DNA of 64,000 bases from the NCBI GenBank assembly GCA_032718475.1, contig JAUCBJ010001071.1, positions 107,494-171,493 on the forward strand. Reading direction: 5' to 3'. A program made the translations under genes and the position numbers. Under the pieces are notes generated by a model. The model saw nothing but the letters and a program-made list of their open reading frames with translations. It ran no database searches and had not been told where the DNA came from. Position 1 is the first letter of the stretch. Each line of letters begins with the position of its first letter. The DNA comes from Nemertoderma westbladi. Lineage: Eukaryota > Animalia > Xenacoelomorpha. Below, piece after piece: positions 12,156 through 25,345 of this stretch.

Positions 12156-14583
12156 ACGATCGGTGTATCCGCCGGTCGAGGTACCTGGTTGATCGATATC
12201 AACTTCAGTGGAGCGAGGTCTAATGGCCTTTAGGGCGCGTCTTAGGACAGCAGCTCCTACTGGTCCCTGACGAGTCGTCTGGACAATAGCGGTAGGTGGA
12301 CCATGAGTGGTGAGAAACCTCCTCGGTTTAATGGTTCTTTCCAGCTCGCGTTCTCGGGCTCGATATTCGTAGGGCCGTCGAGATACTTCCTGTAACTCAG
12401 GGTGCGAGTTGATAAATAAATCGCCATACTCAGGGTCTTGACGGATGAAATTGATCAAATGGTATGAATTAATATCATTAGGATTGACGTTCCTGAGATA
12501 TTTTCGAACAAATTTGGTGGAAATACACTCACCAACACGCTTCATTAGTTCGTAACTCGGTGTGCGTGTTTTTTGTTCAACAGACGCGAATAGATAAGGA
12601 TGGAACGCGTAAACTCCCTCGTAGGCGCGTCCAGGGTAATAGCGATGGCGTGACTCACAATGTAAGTCCGCGTTCACTTCCCAAGCCCGGATGTAGCGCA
12701 GGGTAATCATCTCATCTACGCTTTCCAGATCGCAGTTAAAAGGGCAATTAAAACTGGGATGTCCTTTAAGTTGACAGTAGTGGCATTGAGTCATAAATTG
12801 GGGGCAGACTGCAAAAATGTGCGAGTTATTGAGTCTGCAATACACACAATAGATCTCCATCATCGGTTGTTCATGGAAATAGGAGCAGGGTACGTCTGAG
12901 TCCATAGGGGTGAAATGATCTCTCGATCGCATAATCGGCAACGTTTTCGAGAAACATAGTTGGCATGCCGATAATCGTATGCGGTGAGACATTGTGGACC
13001 TTGATACCATTCCAAGACGTAGTCGTTATCGCTGCTCCGGGGCGCTGTAGGCTGAATCTCCTCAGATTCTAAGCATATTGGTTCATCTTCCAATTGCATA
13101 GCTGAGATAGGTGCGGCTGTCTCCGCAAGCGAACCCACTGTCTGAACTTCCACGACAGAATAACCCATGGGTATTCGAGGTCTTTGTATAACAGATGAAT
13201 GTAAGTTCTGTATACAAACGTCCTTGAAAAGGGCGAATCCTGCGCTGTCTAACTTCTCCGCAGCTGAGTCTCTTAGGCTGAGTTTGGTCAGAGCGCGGTC
13301 CTTGAACTGACTATCAACGTTACGGAACGGAGTCAGAAAGCGCCTGAAACATTCGAAGCGAATAAATTTATTGTGTTCATCTAGCTTGGCGAGTTTGGTT
13401 CCAAGTATTAAGGGATGGGCGCGTATGGTGCGACTGCACACATCGGCTAGCCAACCGGCAAGTGCGGCGTTATCAAAGATCGTGTATATAGCTAAGGAGG
13501 GACGAAGTGGAACACTCATAAAGCTATACGCGGCGCCAGGTGCGGTCAATGGTCTGTCAAAGTATAATCGAGAATAATGATCTCCATATACTTGTTGTTA
13601 GTTGATAGGATTTCCAACCTTGAAATTCCATCCGTATTCTTGAAAGGCAAGATGTCCAATGGAGGTTCGTTGTACTTTAGTAATGCCGCTGGGTGTATTT
13701 GCATACATAGTGCGGAAGAAACCTCGGCCTTCTGCCCAGGGAGCAATCAGCTGAGTATCGACGAAAGGGTATGGAATGTTCTCCATGTTCCGAAAGTCGT
13801 TTTGGAGATCTCCATAAACAGCTGAGCCGATTTTAAGGATTCTTTCGTTAAACAACATCTCGAGCACGGGCTGGGGTAACATCGATCCATCGATACCCAT
13901 GGCCAGTTTGCGCTCGGTGTCAGTGAAGATCCTTTTCCGATCTTCTGCCGAATAGCGTCAAACGCGTTTCGTACAACGCTCTCTTCGACTTCGGTAACGG
14001 GTTGTATCGGGGTTAAGCCTGGACGGTTGTACGGGTTAAACGGCAATATTAGATGACCGCGTCCTAATCCGGCTAGGTAGGGTTGGCGAATATCTAGTGA
14101 GCCCACTACCGGAGTGCCACCGATTAATTGTTCGGGTAACACAAGATCTTTAAATAGTGAGTACAGTTCAGGGGGATCCGTTATACTATTAGGATCAAGC
14201 GTTTGAGGTCTCACTGAGGAATGAGGAGGTCTGACCGAGTATTCCGGAACTCTGATCATCGGTTTATTTAAGGATCGTTTGAGTCGAGCGAGCGTAGGTG
14301 ATACGTCGAACAGGTTTCGCTCGAAACTCCCATAAGTATATCGTGTAAAACTGTGTTTAGCGCAATGTCTCCGCGGATGTTTATGTCTTTCCGTTTGCTG
14401 ATTGGGTCTAGGGCATTCGTCGCAGTAATACCAAAGACGCACGTCCTGCAGGGGAAATGCGGGTGATCGTTCTCCAGTTTTACAATATTCCTCCATCTGT
14501 TCGAAGCTATCTGGTATGACAGGTAGCGGTCGATCGGCGGTAAGATACATCATAGTGAAATAAAGTCGTTTGAGTTCTGTCAT
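12096..14583 (-). pseudogene. Extra ORF of the BEL element: DEDDy 3'-5' exonuclease (WRN/EXD/RNase D-like) plus CCHC zinc knuckles
   Basis: LPQPVLEMLFNERILKIGSAVYGD, FVDTQ, SIGHLAFQEYGWNFK, PL..SLAIYTIFDNA; knuckles CVYCRLNNSHIFAVC and CHYCQLKGHPSFNC; frameshifts near 13910 and 12925, in-frame stop 13598-13600. Confidence 0.75.
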
Positions 14584-14761
14584 GGGGTCATGATGTATAC
14601 CTTGAGGATATCGAGTTTCTAGATTTTGTTGACTGGCAATATTGAGATATGTTTCTCTCAGGAATTCCAGATAATCGTTGAAGTCGCTGCGTTTATCCGG
14701 CTCTTCAACGTCTTCCCTTTCGAGTCTGTTTCGAATAGAATTCTCGTGTTCTATTCTCAGT

Positions 14762-15067
14762 TTATCGTTCCGACTCCGCTGGGTATCTTTCGGTGTCTAC
14801 ATCGTCCGTATCGTGTAAATCGATAGGATGGCCAGTAGTTAAGAAGTCCATATACGTACCATTACGATGCGTATAGCGAGCGGTGAATTTTCTATAGTCC
14901 AATTCACGCGTAAGTTGCTCCTGGGACATTGGTGGTTCGATATAACGACCATCGTCCTCCGTAGTAGTTGGACCAGCGTCGACGCGTATCAAGCTATCAA
15001 CAAACGCTTGTAAAGGTAGAGTATATCGCTCCCTGATACCAAGATCATCTTCTATCAACTCAGTCAT
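14762..15067 (-). CDS. Small ORF of unknown function inside the BEL element, upstream of the exonuclease gene
   Basis: ATG-started 101-aa ORF on the element's sense strand, in a GC-richer, coding-like segment. Confidence 0.35.
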   Translation of the reverse strand: MTELIEDDLGIRERYTLPLQAFVDSLIRVDAGPTTTEDDGRYIEPPMSQEQLTRELDYRKFTARYTHRNGTYMDFLTTGHPIDLHDTDDVDTERYPAESER

Positions 15068-16689
15068 ATCTGCTATATGAGTTAATCAATATTATAATGA
15101 GTTTATATTTAGGCTAGCGGGCGTCGCTGCCTACCCCTCTCTGCCCCCAGACAGTGCAAGATCCTCAGCGCCGATGTACCGTCGTTGCTGTGTTTTCGCC
15201 AACGTAGTAGCTACACAACGACAACGATAACTGGCACAAGTCACTCCACTGTCCGTCCCAAAGGCTTAGATTTACTTCAGGTTTTTTGCTGCAGAGTTAG
15301 GGCTACTTTCACAATTGCGACTCGCTACTGTAAACACACTTTAGTAGTAACATTCACCTATAAACGCACAAATTCCACACAACTGTCACAAATTGTACAC
15401 ATTCGGGCCATTTGTCCGTTAGTCAAGTGCCTTCCAGAATGCCACGTTATTATTATGTATCCTTGGATACTAGCAGTATGCTATTTATTCCTTATGCTAT
15501 TCAATGGGGCAAGCTTTCTATGGTTCTTTTAACTCACTTCTAATTCTAGCGTGGTTGTTGCTATGGTGACATTATGGAAAGCTAGCGGTAGAATTAGGGT
15601 AATTCTCATGCATACAGATCTGGGATGCTATTTAATAGTAATTCTTTAATTGTCAATATCCCCTTTATACATGATTTTATGAATTTTATCGGCTATTGAC
15701 TATATATTGGAGATTCTCGCACACTAATACACTTAATAGGGTGAATCTCCGCTCCCATGATCTATTAATTAATGGAATTTTGGGAATGTTATAAATTGTA
15801 TAAAAATGACAATTTATCAAATTCATTAAAATATGAATTTAAATTTATTCCCGTAAATTTTATTATTTAACATTAAATAGACACAATTTTATTCCAGAGC
15901 ATGTCTGGGGACTGGGATCCTTGATTCTAGGAAATTTGTCTTTTTAAGAGTATCGGTAAGTGCTACGATATCTTAATTGACTAGAATTTTAAAGGATCTG
16001 AATTTGACAGACTTTATAAATATTAATAATTAATATTTAAGATGTGCACCGGTTTATTCCAGAACTTGTCTGGGGACGTTAACCACTGATTCTAGAATTT
16101 TGTCTTCAAGTATATCGGTGGGTGCCGCGATATCTTAATCGACTAGAATTACAGATGGTCAAAGGGTTTAACAGATTTATTTGCGTTGTACGCTACTGTT
16201 AAAGGGACATCACGCTACTATATGTATTATTTAATATACGGTATGAGAGCAATATCGCAAGAAGCAATGTCAGTGAGAAGAGGCAAGTCGTTTCCAAGGT
16301 CTACCCAGAGCTTGGTTTAGCCGAGACACGAGGATCTGAATTTTGCATTCCTAATACTCTACTTTACCAATAATACTTGAATATAGTAGGAGCTTTATTG
16401 TACTTTAATAAGTACGGATATTTCATCTTACTGTAGTTACGTATTTGTAATGTAATACGGACAGTAAGGAAAGAGAAAAAGAATTATTTCTCGCCGTCGC
16501 TCTAAATATATAATATATGTAATAAACACTAATATATATTGCACTATTCTACTAAATAATCGCTAAAATAACATTTTACTAAATAAAATTAAAGAAAACG
16601 ATTATAATAAAATTACATAATAATACATACATAAATATAAAATAATAAGAATATAAAATAATATAGTCACACACCCACTCCAGACGTTG

Positions 16690-19600
16690 TTAAGTTGGGG
16701 AGTCCCTAGATGTTTGTTGGATTAGGGAGGTGGTCGTGGGAAGAGTATCTTGCCTTCCATAGTTTCCGGAGAGTTCTCTGTCTCTTTCCAGTAAACATAA
16801 ACGACCAACTGGGCGATTGAGCTGCTGTGTCTCGAAGACAATTCCCGGTTTCTTAAAGTTACGTCGCATGACGACGAGTTCTACCGATCGCACCAAACCA
16901 TCATCCGAGATGTGAGTCTCGATGACACGACCTGTCTGCCACCGCTTACGTGGAAGGCAATTATAACACAACCGCTTATCCCACATGACTTCCCGTCTAT
17001 CCTTTAATGATTTCTTTAGGAATTCATCACACACATTCAAACGGTGGGGCCCATCACACAGAGCACATTTCGGTTTGATGTTACTTACCTTATTTTGAAT
17101 AACGTTGTGCACACTCGTTCTTTCTTCGGGCTTTCTTACCTAAATTATCTTAGGAGACGTAGGAGGGGTTTTTCTTACCTGTTCTCTCCTGTCATTGGTT
17201 CGAGACTTGAATTTACTTACGTCTTTAGGCGTTTTGTTGACATAATAAGATCTTTCAGTGTCTTTCCTGCTGTCCTCTTCTTGAGAAGCCTGGCTTTCGC
17301 CGTCGTTGGTATAACACACTGGTGTTACCTTTCTCCTAGAAACAGGTTTCTCACTTACCTTGTTTTCCGGTGTCTTCTCTCTGGACTGCTTTAGGAGCTG
17401 TAATTTCACTTCTCCATCTAAGAATGACATGAGATCAGCCATGGTAGGGTCTCGTCGTTGTTGTTCCATCATATATAACACTTTCTTATCCCAGCGTGTA
17501 CCTACTCCACCCTTCGGTATAGTAGAGGCCACGGCTCCAATAACCATAGAACTCTGATATTCATGAGACTTACCTAGCCAATCTAATTGTCTACAGATCT
17601 CCTGAATCTCATCGGAAAACTCTATAATCCCACTGCTAATGAACTTTCGGGGGGCTACCAATTTTGCATACAAATACCTAGCTATGTTATTCCTATTACC
17701 ATACCTGATGTTTAGGGTATCCCAAACTTGTCTTAGTCCATCTGGATGTCCAATAAACTTTAACGCCATTAACTTGGGAGATCCTTCCAAGCACTCGATG
17801 AGGAATCTAAGTTTCTCTCCGTTAGATAACACAGAGTTCTGTATGTTATCCTTGTAATATTCATTAAAAGGTTACCATTTCATCTCATCTCCATTAAACT
17901 TGACGATCTCTCCCACCTTTACCGCTTGACGGGCTTCGGTTCTAGCCATTTGACGCGTAAAACTTTCTTGGGCCATCGTATTATTTAATATCGAGTTATC
18001 GGTATATAAATTTCTCGGATTATGATCAGGTCTATATGGAATATCATTGTCAACAGGTTTATAATTACCCTTAATAGGGTTTACTATAGGAGTTTCTACT
18101 TCACTAGCAGTATAGATGCGTGTAGGCTCCACACCTTGCGCATGAAATACTTCAGACCTAACAGGTTGACACATTGTTACCGGGGTTGGTGGTATACCCC
18201 TTTGTGTATTTACTAATTTATCGCGTTCTAACGCGATACTCTGCTGCACCTCTTGCAACTCTAACCTACTTTCCCTTACTGTTCCTTTAAACTGATGAAC
18301 AGTCTCCTGCATCTGCCCAAGCAGGAGATTCATCCCCCGCCGCCCCTCATCCACCCACTCGACCGCCGAAGAGGGAGCCGCCAACATAGAGGCGGGCGAG
18401 CGAGAGACGACGGGCGATAAATTCTTGATCTCTCGCTCGGCGTCCAGGACGGGTTCGGACTCGGGAACAGCCCTACTGGGCACAGGTAGTTTAGTACTGT
18501 GCAAAGGGAATTTAGAGGTAGGTTCTGGGAGTACAGGTGTCTCTATCACCAAAGGGGTGGCTTCGAGAACAGGCCTAATTATTTCCGGTTCATCTACTAT
18601 AGTAGGGAGTCTTTCTACTTTAATAATTTGGTCTGTGAGTTCTGTACTACCTAAGTCTGTGCTAGCTAGTTGCCTTATAACAGCTGGGGGCAAATCAGGC
18701 AATTTCTGACGGTGGGACATTCTTCTACGCCTACTTAGACGAGATCTATTTCCTCCGCCTTCAGGATCGGTGGTATCGCCTTCATCAGAGGATGTAAATC
18801 CCTGTCGTTTGGGAGTAGATCGACTCATCATCTGCATTTGACTAGCTGTTAACTGTTTATTTATGCAGTCTTGATTCTCTTGAATATTTTCCAACTCTAG
18901 TTGGGTGGTCTCTTCAGATGCTCTTCGTTCTGCTTCTGCCACTGCTATCTTTCTTTCCGCCTCTGCCGCTGCCGCTTTTGCCTCTGCCGCTGCCGCCTTT
19001 CTTTCCGCCGCTGCCTCTGCCGCCTTTCTTTCCGCTTCTGCCTCGGCCATTGCCGCTGCTGCCATCTTTCTGTCTTCTATACGTTTTTTCTTGACTTGTT
19101 CTTCTCGGACCCTAGCGATGCGGAGTCTTTCATCAAATTTAGCTTGGTTCGCAGCTAACATTTCCGCATCGATTGCGTCCAACACAAGCTTGGCTCCTTC
19201 ACTATTAGGGCGAAGTCCATACAGCCGCCTCCTCAACTCTTCGTCACCTAGGAATCTTTGATAGTCTGACAGATAGATGTCAATAGCATCCCTCTTATGC
19301 AGTTTCTCAGCTGTCGCCTCACTTTCCACTTGGGAAAAGGTAGCGTCTGTTGATTCTCCATGGGTTGAGCGCTCATCCAGCCGAACTTTCCACTGGGCCG
19401 TTTCTTGAACCTGGAGACTCACCCGCTGGAACCAAGTCTTTACAGCAACTTGCAACGACGTGTCTTGTCTTCTTTTCGAAGCTTCCTCAAAGGCCGATAG
19501 GATTAGTCTGATTCTTAGAATTCTTTCTCGAACTTGATAAAGCAGCTCTCCCTGCTCTTGAGGTCCTTGGGGTTGTCGATACAGTTGTTCTTCTAATCGC

Positions 19601-20232
19601 TCCAAAGAGCTGAAGAATCCCTGTACGTATCCTGCTGCCGACCTCTTCCATACAGCTGGATCACTGGTGTCTTTTGTTACTCCCATCCTGTGTTACTCCC
19701 CTTCCGATAAGTCAAACGGGAGTCCGGGTCCGGGGAAGTTCCATTGCTACTCGACAATAGACTTCAGTTCCTCCCTTGTGTATCCCGCATAACTATCCTT
19801 GGTCGATCGCTTACTTCTCGCCCAATCAATTTGGTGTTCCTCCACCGCAATCAATACCCTAGTGAGTACGGCTGCAGGAAGGATGAGAAGGGGATCTGAA
19901 TAAACCGCATCTGCCATCTTAGCTCCGCGCTCGGGTGTCAGCTCTACAGTATCCGCACTACTGTAGCTGTCGGGTCGCTGAGAAATAAGTTCTCGGCTCG
20001 AGTGTTGCTGATGTTCCGCTGCTTCTTGGTCTCGCTTGACTTGGGCTCTAGTGCCTATGATGGACCTACGGTGTTGGACTAGCCTAGGGTCTGATACTAC
20101 TACTGGAGGGATGATCTTTCTTACAGTAGGAGGTGAGTTGAACTTCGGTCTCACACGTTCCACACTCCTATCTGGGTCACAGATGGTTGTATCTAGGAGA
20201 CTGTCTGACAGGTTTTGCTTTGTGTCAGACAT
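16690..20232 (-). pseudogene. BEL/Pao gag fused in frame to the integrase C-terminal tail
   Basis: ORFs 19747-20232, 17872-19686, 17140-17832 and 16690-17112 share one frame, separated by single stops; KFNGD..KW, LSNGEKLRFLIECLEG..WDTLNIRYG (DUF1759-like), CALCDGPHRLNVC, LCYNCL, then PRKRWQTGRV..DDGLVRSVEL. Confidence 0.88.
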
Positions 20233-22134
20233 GTTTGTTTGTACAGTTGAATGCCTACTGCTATATTACAGTTAAAGCTAGTCTAGTAATTCAGTATCAC
20301 TGTTAGCCTAGTAATTAATTACCGATATCATTACTCTATGTAATGTGATATATATACAATATAATAGAGTACCGGTATTTACTTATAGTATATATAAGTA
20401 TTATTACAGACCAAGTTTGTCACAGAATACCGGTATATAATTTCAGCGCAAATATATAAATATATAATAAGCCTATCGTGAATACCGGTATACAGCTTAC
20501 ACTTATAGTATATATAAGTATAATTACAGACTAGAATTAATTACAGAATACCGATATATAATTTCAGCGCAAATTTATAGAAATAAATATAATAAGCCTA
20601 TTGTAAATACCGGTATGTCAATTATTTTAGAATAATTGAATTTCTGAATTTTAGGGGTTACTTGGTTACTTTACTTTACCTTATTGTCGTTATTTAAGCA
20701 GTAGTCCAACTGACATTAAGACCTAATTGTTATATGACAGGCCTACTATTTTATAAATTGGTTTGAGTTGATTTATAATATATATACCCGTTTAATGGCT
20801 TTGTTACAATATTTGAAATAAATGTTATTATTTCTGGGAAGGAGTCACTACACAGAAGCTGTACGCTCTCAGTGAAGTGCTACTTGTTGGACACTAAAAC
20901 AAATAATTCTAATTTGCCTAAGTTACTTAATACTACAAATTACGTACAATTCGGGTGAGATTACAATCTCTAAATAAACACAAAAATTACACGTACGAAT
21001 TTTTAGGGTAATTTCACAAGAAGTCTACAAACCAGCCTAACAAAGGGTTAGAATATCTGGTTATTACAAACGGACTGGATACTACGGTATTTGAAAGTAA
21101 CAAAGCAGTAGTAAATATAATGTGTTGTTCAGATAGGAAAAATACCACCGTCTGACGACTTATAGCCGTATCACTATAAGTACTAGGTTATGTATCACGG
21201 AGTGTTCCTACCTAGAAGTTAATTACCGCGGCCTACCAGAGCCAACGTGCCTATTAACCACTTTACAACACAAATATACTGCCTACACACTAATTACCTT
21301 CGGAAAGCACTGTACACTAAACCCTAAATTAGGTACAAGTACTTATACAACAAATAACTAGCAGTTAGAAATACTTGTACAGCTAAAGGGACCACGGTAT
21401 CTGCCGGAGTGACCAAAGCATAAAATCTCCAGTCTTTACCTACGCCAAACAGCCCTGATGTAGTACCGGGGTTAATTTAACTATAACGGTATGTATAACA
21501 AGCACAATTACTGTAGGAATAAACTTGGGGGTATGAATGTTGCGAATAATCGCATAAACTCTGAATAATAAATATTACGCTACGCGTACAGACTACACAA
21601 ACAAAATACAGACCAAACGCTGGCAGACTACTATCAAGCCTAAACAAACTACAGTATATGCAGACTCCGAAATGGTTAGTTAGTATGCGTTCTAACCGAG
21701 TAGTACGACTTATTCTTTCGGGGGGATTTACCTTACAGCACTGGAAGCCCCTACATTCCTAACTAGTACTTTATCGGACATACACTCTACACACACTGCA
21801 ATCTCTTCAGACTTAACAACAGTCAGACAACAGTCCAGCCTACAAATTATCTGTACAATCTGAGCAGGCTTACACATCTTCTGCTCAATATTAACCTACA
21901 AATAAATAAAACTGACAGAAATAAGTAAACCATACAAAGGAATAAGGGGTGATCAATCCCTAATCCCCTAACAGCCTACAATATACAATATATCACAATC
22001 GAAATAATACTGGTGTACCTGTACTGCTGTAAGTACCGGTTCGGGTGGTTAGGTAGTTAGGCCTACTGGATACCAGTCGACCGGTACTTTAGTCTTTATT
22101 GCCTACGTCGCAATAAAGATCCAATAACTGTTAT

Positions 22135-23301
22135 TGTTCGCGCTTTCAGACCTTTAGCAGTTTAACCTGCCAAATTTAGGTGTCTTCTAGGTTATAAATC
22201 AACTTTAGCCTATGACGAGTATTGGATACACTACATTAGCCGAAGCCAGCCTATGCGTGACCATTCACCCGCTGGATATACCCGGGAGACTGGATTCGGA
22301 AGCTCTGACCTTATTGCGGTGTAGGCCTACTGTATTATTAGATTGATCGTTAATATATAATCTCTGACAAATATTATTCACTTTCGGGAAATATCAACAG
22401 TTCCTTTAGGACGTGGCGCTCTAAGTATGTAAACAGAGTTATGACTTACACTAAACACAACGGGATGGCTAATGATTCACGTATAAAGCGCATTCTTTAG
22501 GAGATGCTTTGTTATCTGTCACAATCATGCACACTACCGCACAATGCTGCACACCGATCTGCCGACCTTCACTAATTTTAGTCACATATAAAGAGAACAG
22601 CAACCGACACATGTAGTGCCTATGAAATAGCATTAGATTCACTCCAAAACCACTTTAATGTAAATCGCAATTGCTATATGTAACCTGTCTCTTACCTTCA
22701 GTATATCAAGAAGATTGGGGTTTTATGATTATTTATCGATATTATCCAAATATAATAATATTCCATCAACTGATATAATTAATAACCGACAGTAAATAGC
22801 AGTAAAAATGCGGTGTTTGTAGGTGACAATATGATTTGTAACAATATGAATTGCGTTGATAACAGTTATACGTTTCTATGATCAAAGCCTACTAATGTTT
22901 GGCTAAAGTCTGAAACATAGAAATTCCAAAGCCGGTGTTCTGGCATCAGGAAAAATACACACACTGACTGAATTGCGTGAGTTTCTGTATACAATGTCCA
23001 ACACAGAGTGAAAACCGCTCTGATTGGTCGACCGAACAAAGAACGAACAAAGAACAAAGAAAAAGTTACACGTGGACACAGCTGATAGATGTCGTCATCT
23101 GAGTTCCGATGTTTAGAGTATTTGGCTTATTGCGACATAAAATCGCTAGTTATGTCCGCTAAAGTACACATACAGAAGAAATGGCTTTTTATGTCCACTA
23201 AAACACCGGTACAGTAAGGAAACGGCTTTTTATGTCCGTTAAAACAACTACAGAGTACTTTGCGGGGAAAATAACCAGCTAATTCCGCAAAAGCCTTTAC
23301 A
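22135..23301 (-). repeat. 5' LTR (full length, 1167 bp)
   Basis: Begins TGTTCGCG on +, ends TTTACA followed by TSD CTCAC. Confidence 0.85.
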
Positions 23302-23771
23302 CTCACAATCGACGTCATCGTCGTTGCCACCATCGTCGCTCGGGTGGACATTTCGTCACTTGGGCGGACATTTCGTCGCTTGTGCACACTTTTCTTATGA
23401 CGTCATCTCTGTCATTATTCGACGACTGCTCCGTGTCCGCCTGTGACCAAATGTCCCGTTTTTGGCGAAATGTTCGCCCGAGACCAACGGCGAATTTTAT
23501 TTTCCAGTTCCTAGTCGTACTCGTTGGGCGTGATGACGGAGCTGAGATTGAAACTTAAGCATAAGCATCCGCCAGTTACAATTACAGTAATGCAAGTTAT
23601 GTCATTCAGTGTTTTTGACTAGGTTTTGGTACGAAAAAGTTACGAAAAATGGCAAGAAAGAGACCCAAAAAACCTGGCAAAATGCAGATAAATGTCGAAA
23701 ATGTTGCTAAAAACTGCTACATTTTGAAAAATTCCAAATCAAACCATCCCCCCCCCCCCCCCCAAACCATT

Positions 23772-24660
23772 GCAAATTGCAGAAAAATGCTGAAAATGAT
23801 GCGAAAAAGTGCAAAATTTTGCTAAATGCCAAGTCAAAAACGCCAAACCACTTGGCAAATTGCAGAAAAATGCTGAAAATGATGCGAAAAAGTGCAAAAT
23901 TTTGCTAAATGCCAAGTCAAAAACGCCAAACCACTTGGCAAATTGCAGAAAAATGGGGAAAATGATGCGAAAAAGTGCAAAATTTTGCTAAATGCCAAGT
24001 CAAAAACGCCAAACCACTTGGCAAATTGCAGAAAAATGCTGAAAATGATGCGAAAAAGTACAAAATTTTGCTAAATGCCAAGTCAAAATCGCCATACCAC
24101 TTGGCAAATTGCGGAAAAATGCTGAAAATGATGCGAAAAAGTGCAAAATTTTGCTAAATGCCAAGTCAAAATCGCCATACCACTTGGCAAATTGCAGAAA
24201 AATGGTTAAAATGATGCGAAAAAGTGCAAAATTTTGCTAAATGCCAAGTCAAAATCGCCGAACCACTTGGCAAATTGCAGAAAAATTGGGAAAATGATGC
24301 GAAAAAGTGCAAAATTTTCCTAAATGCCAAGTCAAAATCGCCGAACCACTTGGCAAATTGCAGAAAAATGGGGAAAATGATGCGAAAAAGTGCAAAATTT
24401 TGCTAAATGCCAAGTCAAAAACGCCAAACCACTTGGCAAATTGCAGAAAAATGCTGAAAATGATGCGAAAAAGTGCAAAATTTTGCTAAATGCCAAGTCA
24501 AAATCGCCATACCACTTGGCAAATTGCAGAAAAATGGTTAAAATGATGCGAAAAAGTGCAAAATTTTGCTAAATGCCAAGTCAAAATCGCCAAACCACTT
24601 GGCAAATTGCAGAAAAATGTTGAAATGATGCGAAAAATTTGCAAAATGCCAAACCACTTG
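23772..24660. repeat. 83-bp tandem satellite, about 10 units
   Basis: Unit GCAAATTGCAGAAAAATGCTGAAAATGATGCGAAAAAGTGCAAAATTTTGCTAAATGCCAAGTCAAAAACGCCAAACCACTTG; ORF-track starts are spaced 83 bp apart. Confidence 0.97.
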
Positions 24661-25287
24661 CTGAAATGCCTTTGGTCGCTTTCAGTTTCGTGTTTTATTT
24701 CCTTCTCTTTAAATTTTTCTTGAAGTAGCCTGCCTAATCGGTAAAAACAAATGTTTTATTGTCCAAAAGGTCTAAAGTTCACATTTTTGGTTCCGACAGA
24801 GCGCATAATTTTAGAGTTTAAATTTACACCAGATCAATTAACTTCTTCCACGAGACATCTCTTCACTATTTCCTGAACCACAATTCCCAAACGTCTCAGA
24901 CTTTTACCTCTTTCATTATTTGAGATCGGCGGCGCATCTTGCTTGTCCGTCACAACCGAAATGTGGCTCACCTGAACGTCGTTTGTGAAGTTGGTGGCCG
25001 ATGTCGCCCAGAGCACTCCGGCCAACTCGAATTCCCCGACCGACCTTTCTTGCAGGCCCGGGTTGGGGAAGTACATTGGACTACTTGTGGTCGGTCTAGC
25101 AAAGATCCTGATTGGCGCACGTTCTCCTCTCAGCTTGATCTTCTTGTCCAACTCTTCTCCGGAATTGAAGACGGCACGTGAGGGAAAGCCGTTCTGAGGA
25201 GGTATCCATTTGTTAAAGTACCCATCAAAGAGAGGACTGGCGCATCCATCTGACTTTAATACAGTCCCGCTCTCAAAAAGCATTCCT

Positions 25288-25345
25288 TTGATCAAACATT
25301 GATCAAACTTTGATCAAACATTGATCAAAGTTTGATCAAATATTG
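25288..25345. repeat. 11-bp palindromic tandem repeat (TTGATCAAACA)x5
   Basis: Directly visible. Confidence 0.9.

Larger units (their letters stand above)
11369..23301 (-). mobile_element. BEL/Pao LTR retrotransposon, non-autonomous (pol deleted), with extra 3' ORF
   Basis: TG...CA termini; 5-bp TSD CTCAC at 11364-11368 and 23302-23306; near-identical direct repeats; DUF1759-like gag, Cys knuckles and a DUF5641-like integrase tail. Confidence 0.9.

Noticed and set aside
18901-19261. Ala- or Cys-rich plus-strand ORFs
   Set aside because: Antisense shadows of the gag coiled-coil repeat
16690-20232. Stop-codon reassignment or read-through explaining in-frame stops in gag
   Set aside because: Host genes end normally at TAA, TAG and TGA, and neighbouring ORFs also have frameshifts; decay is simpler
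23772-24660. CRISPR array, or repeated 60-aa ORFs
   Set aside because: Contiguous tandem units with no unique spacers, no cas genes, eukaryotic context
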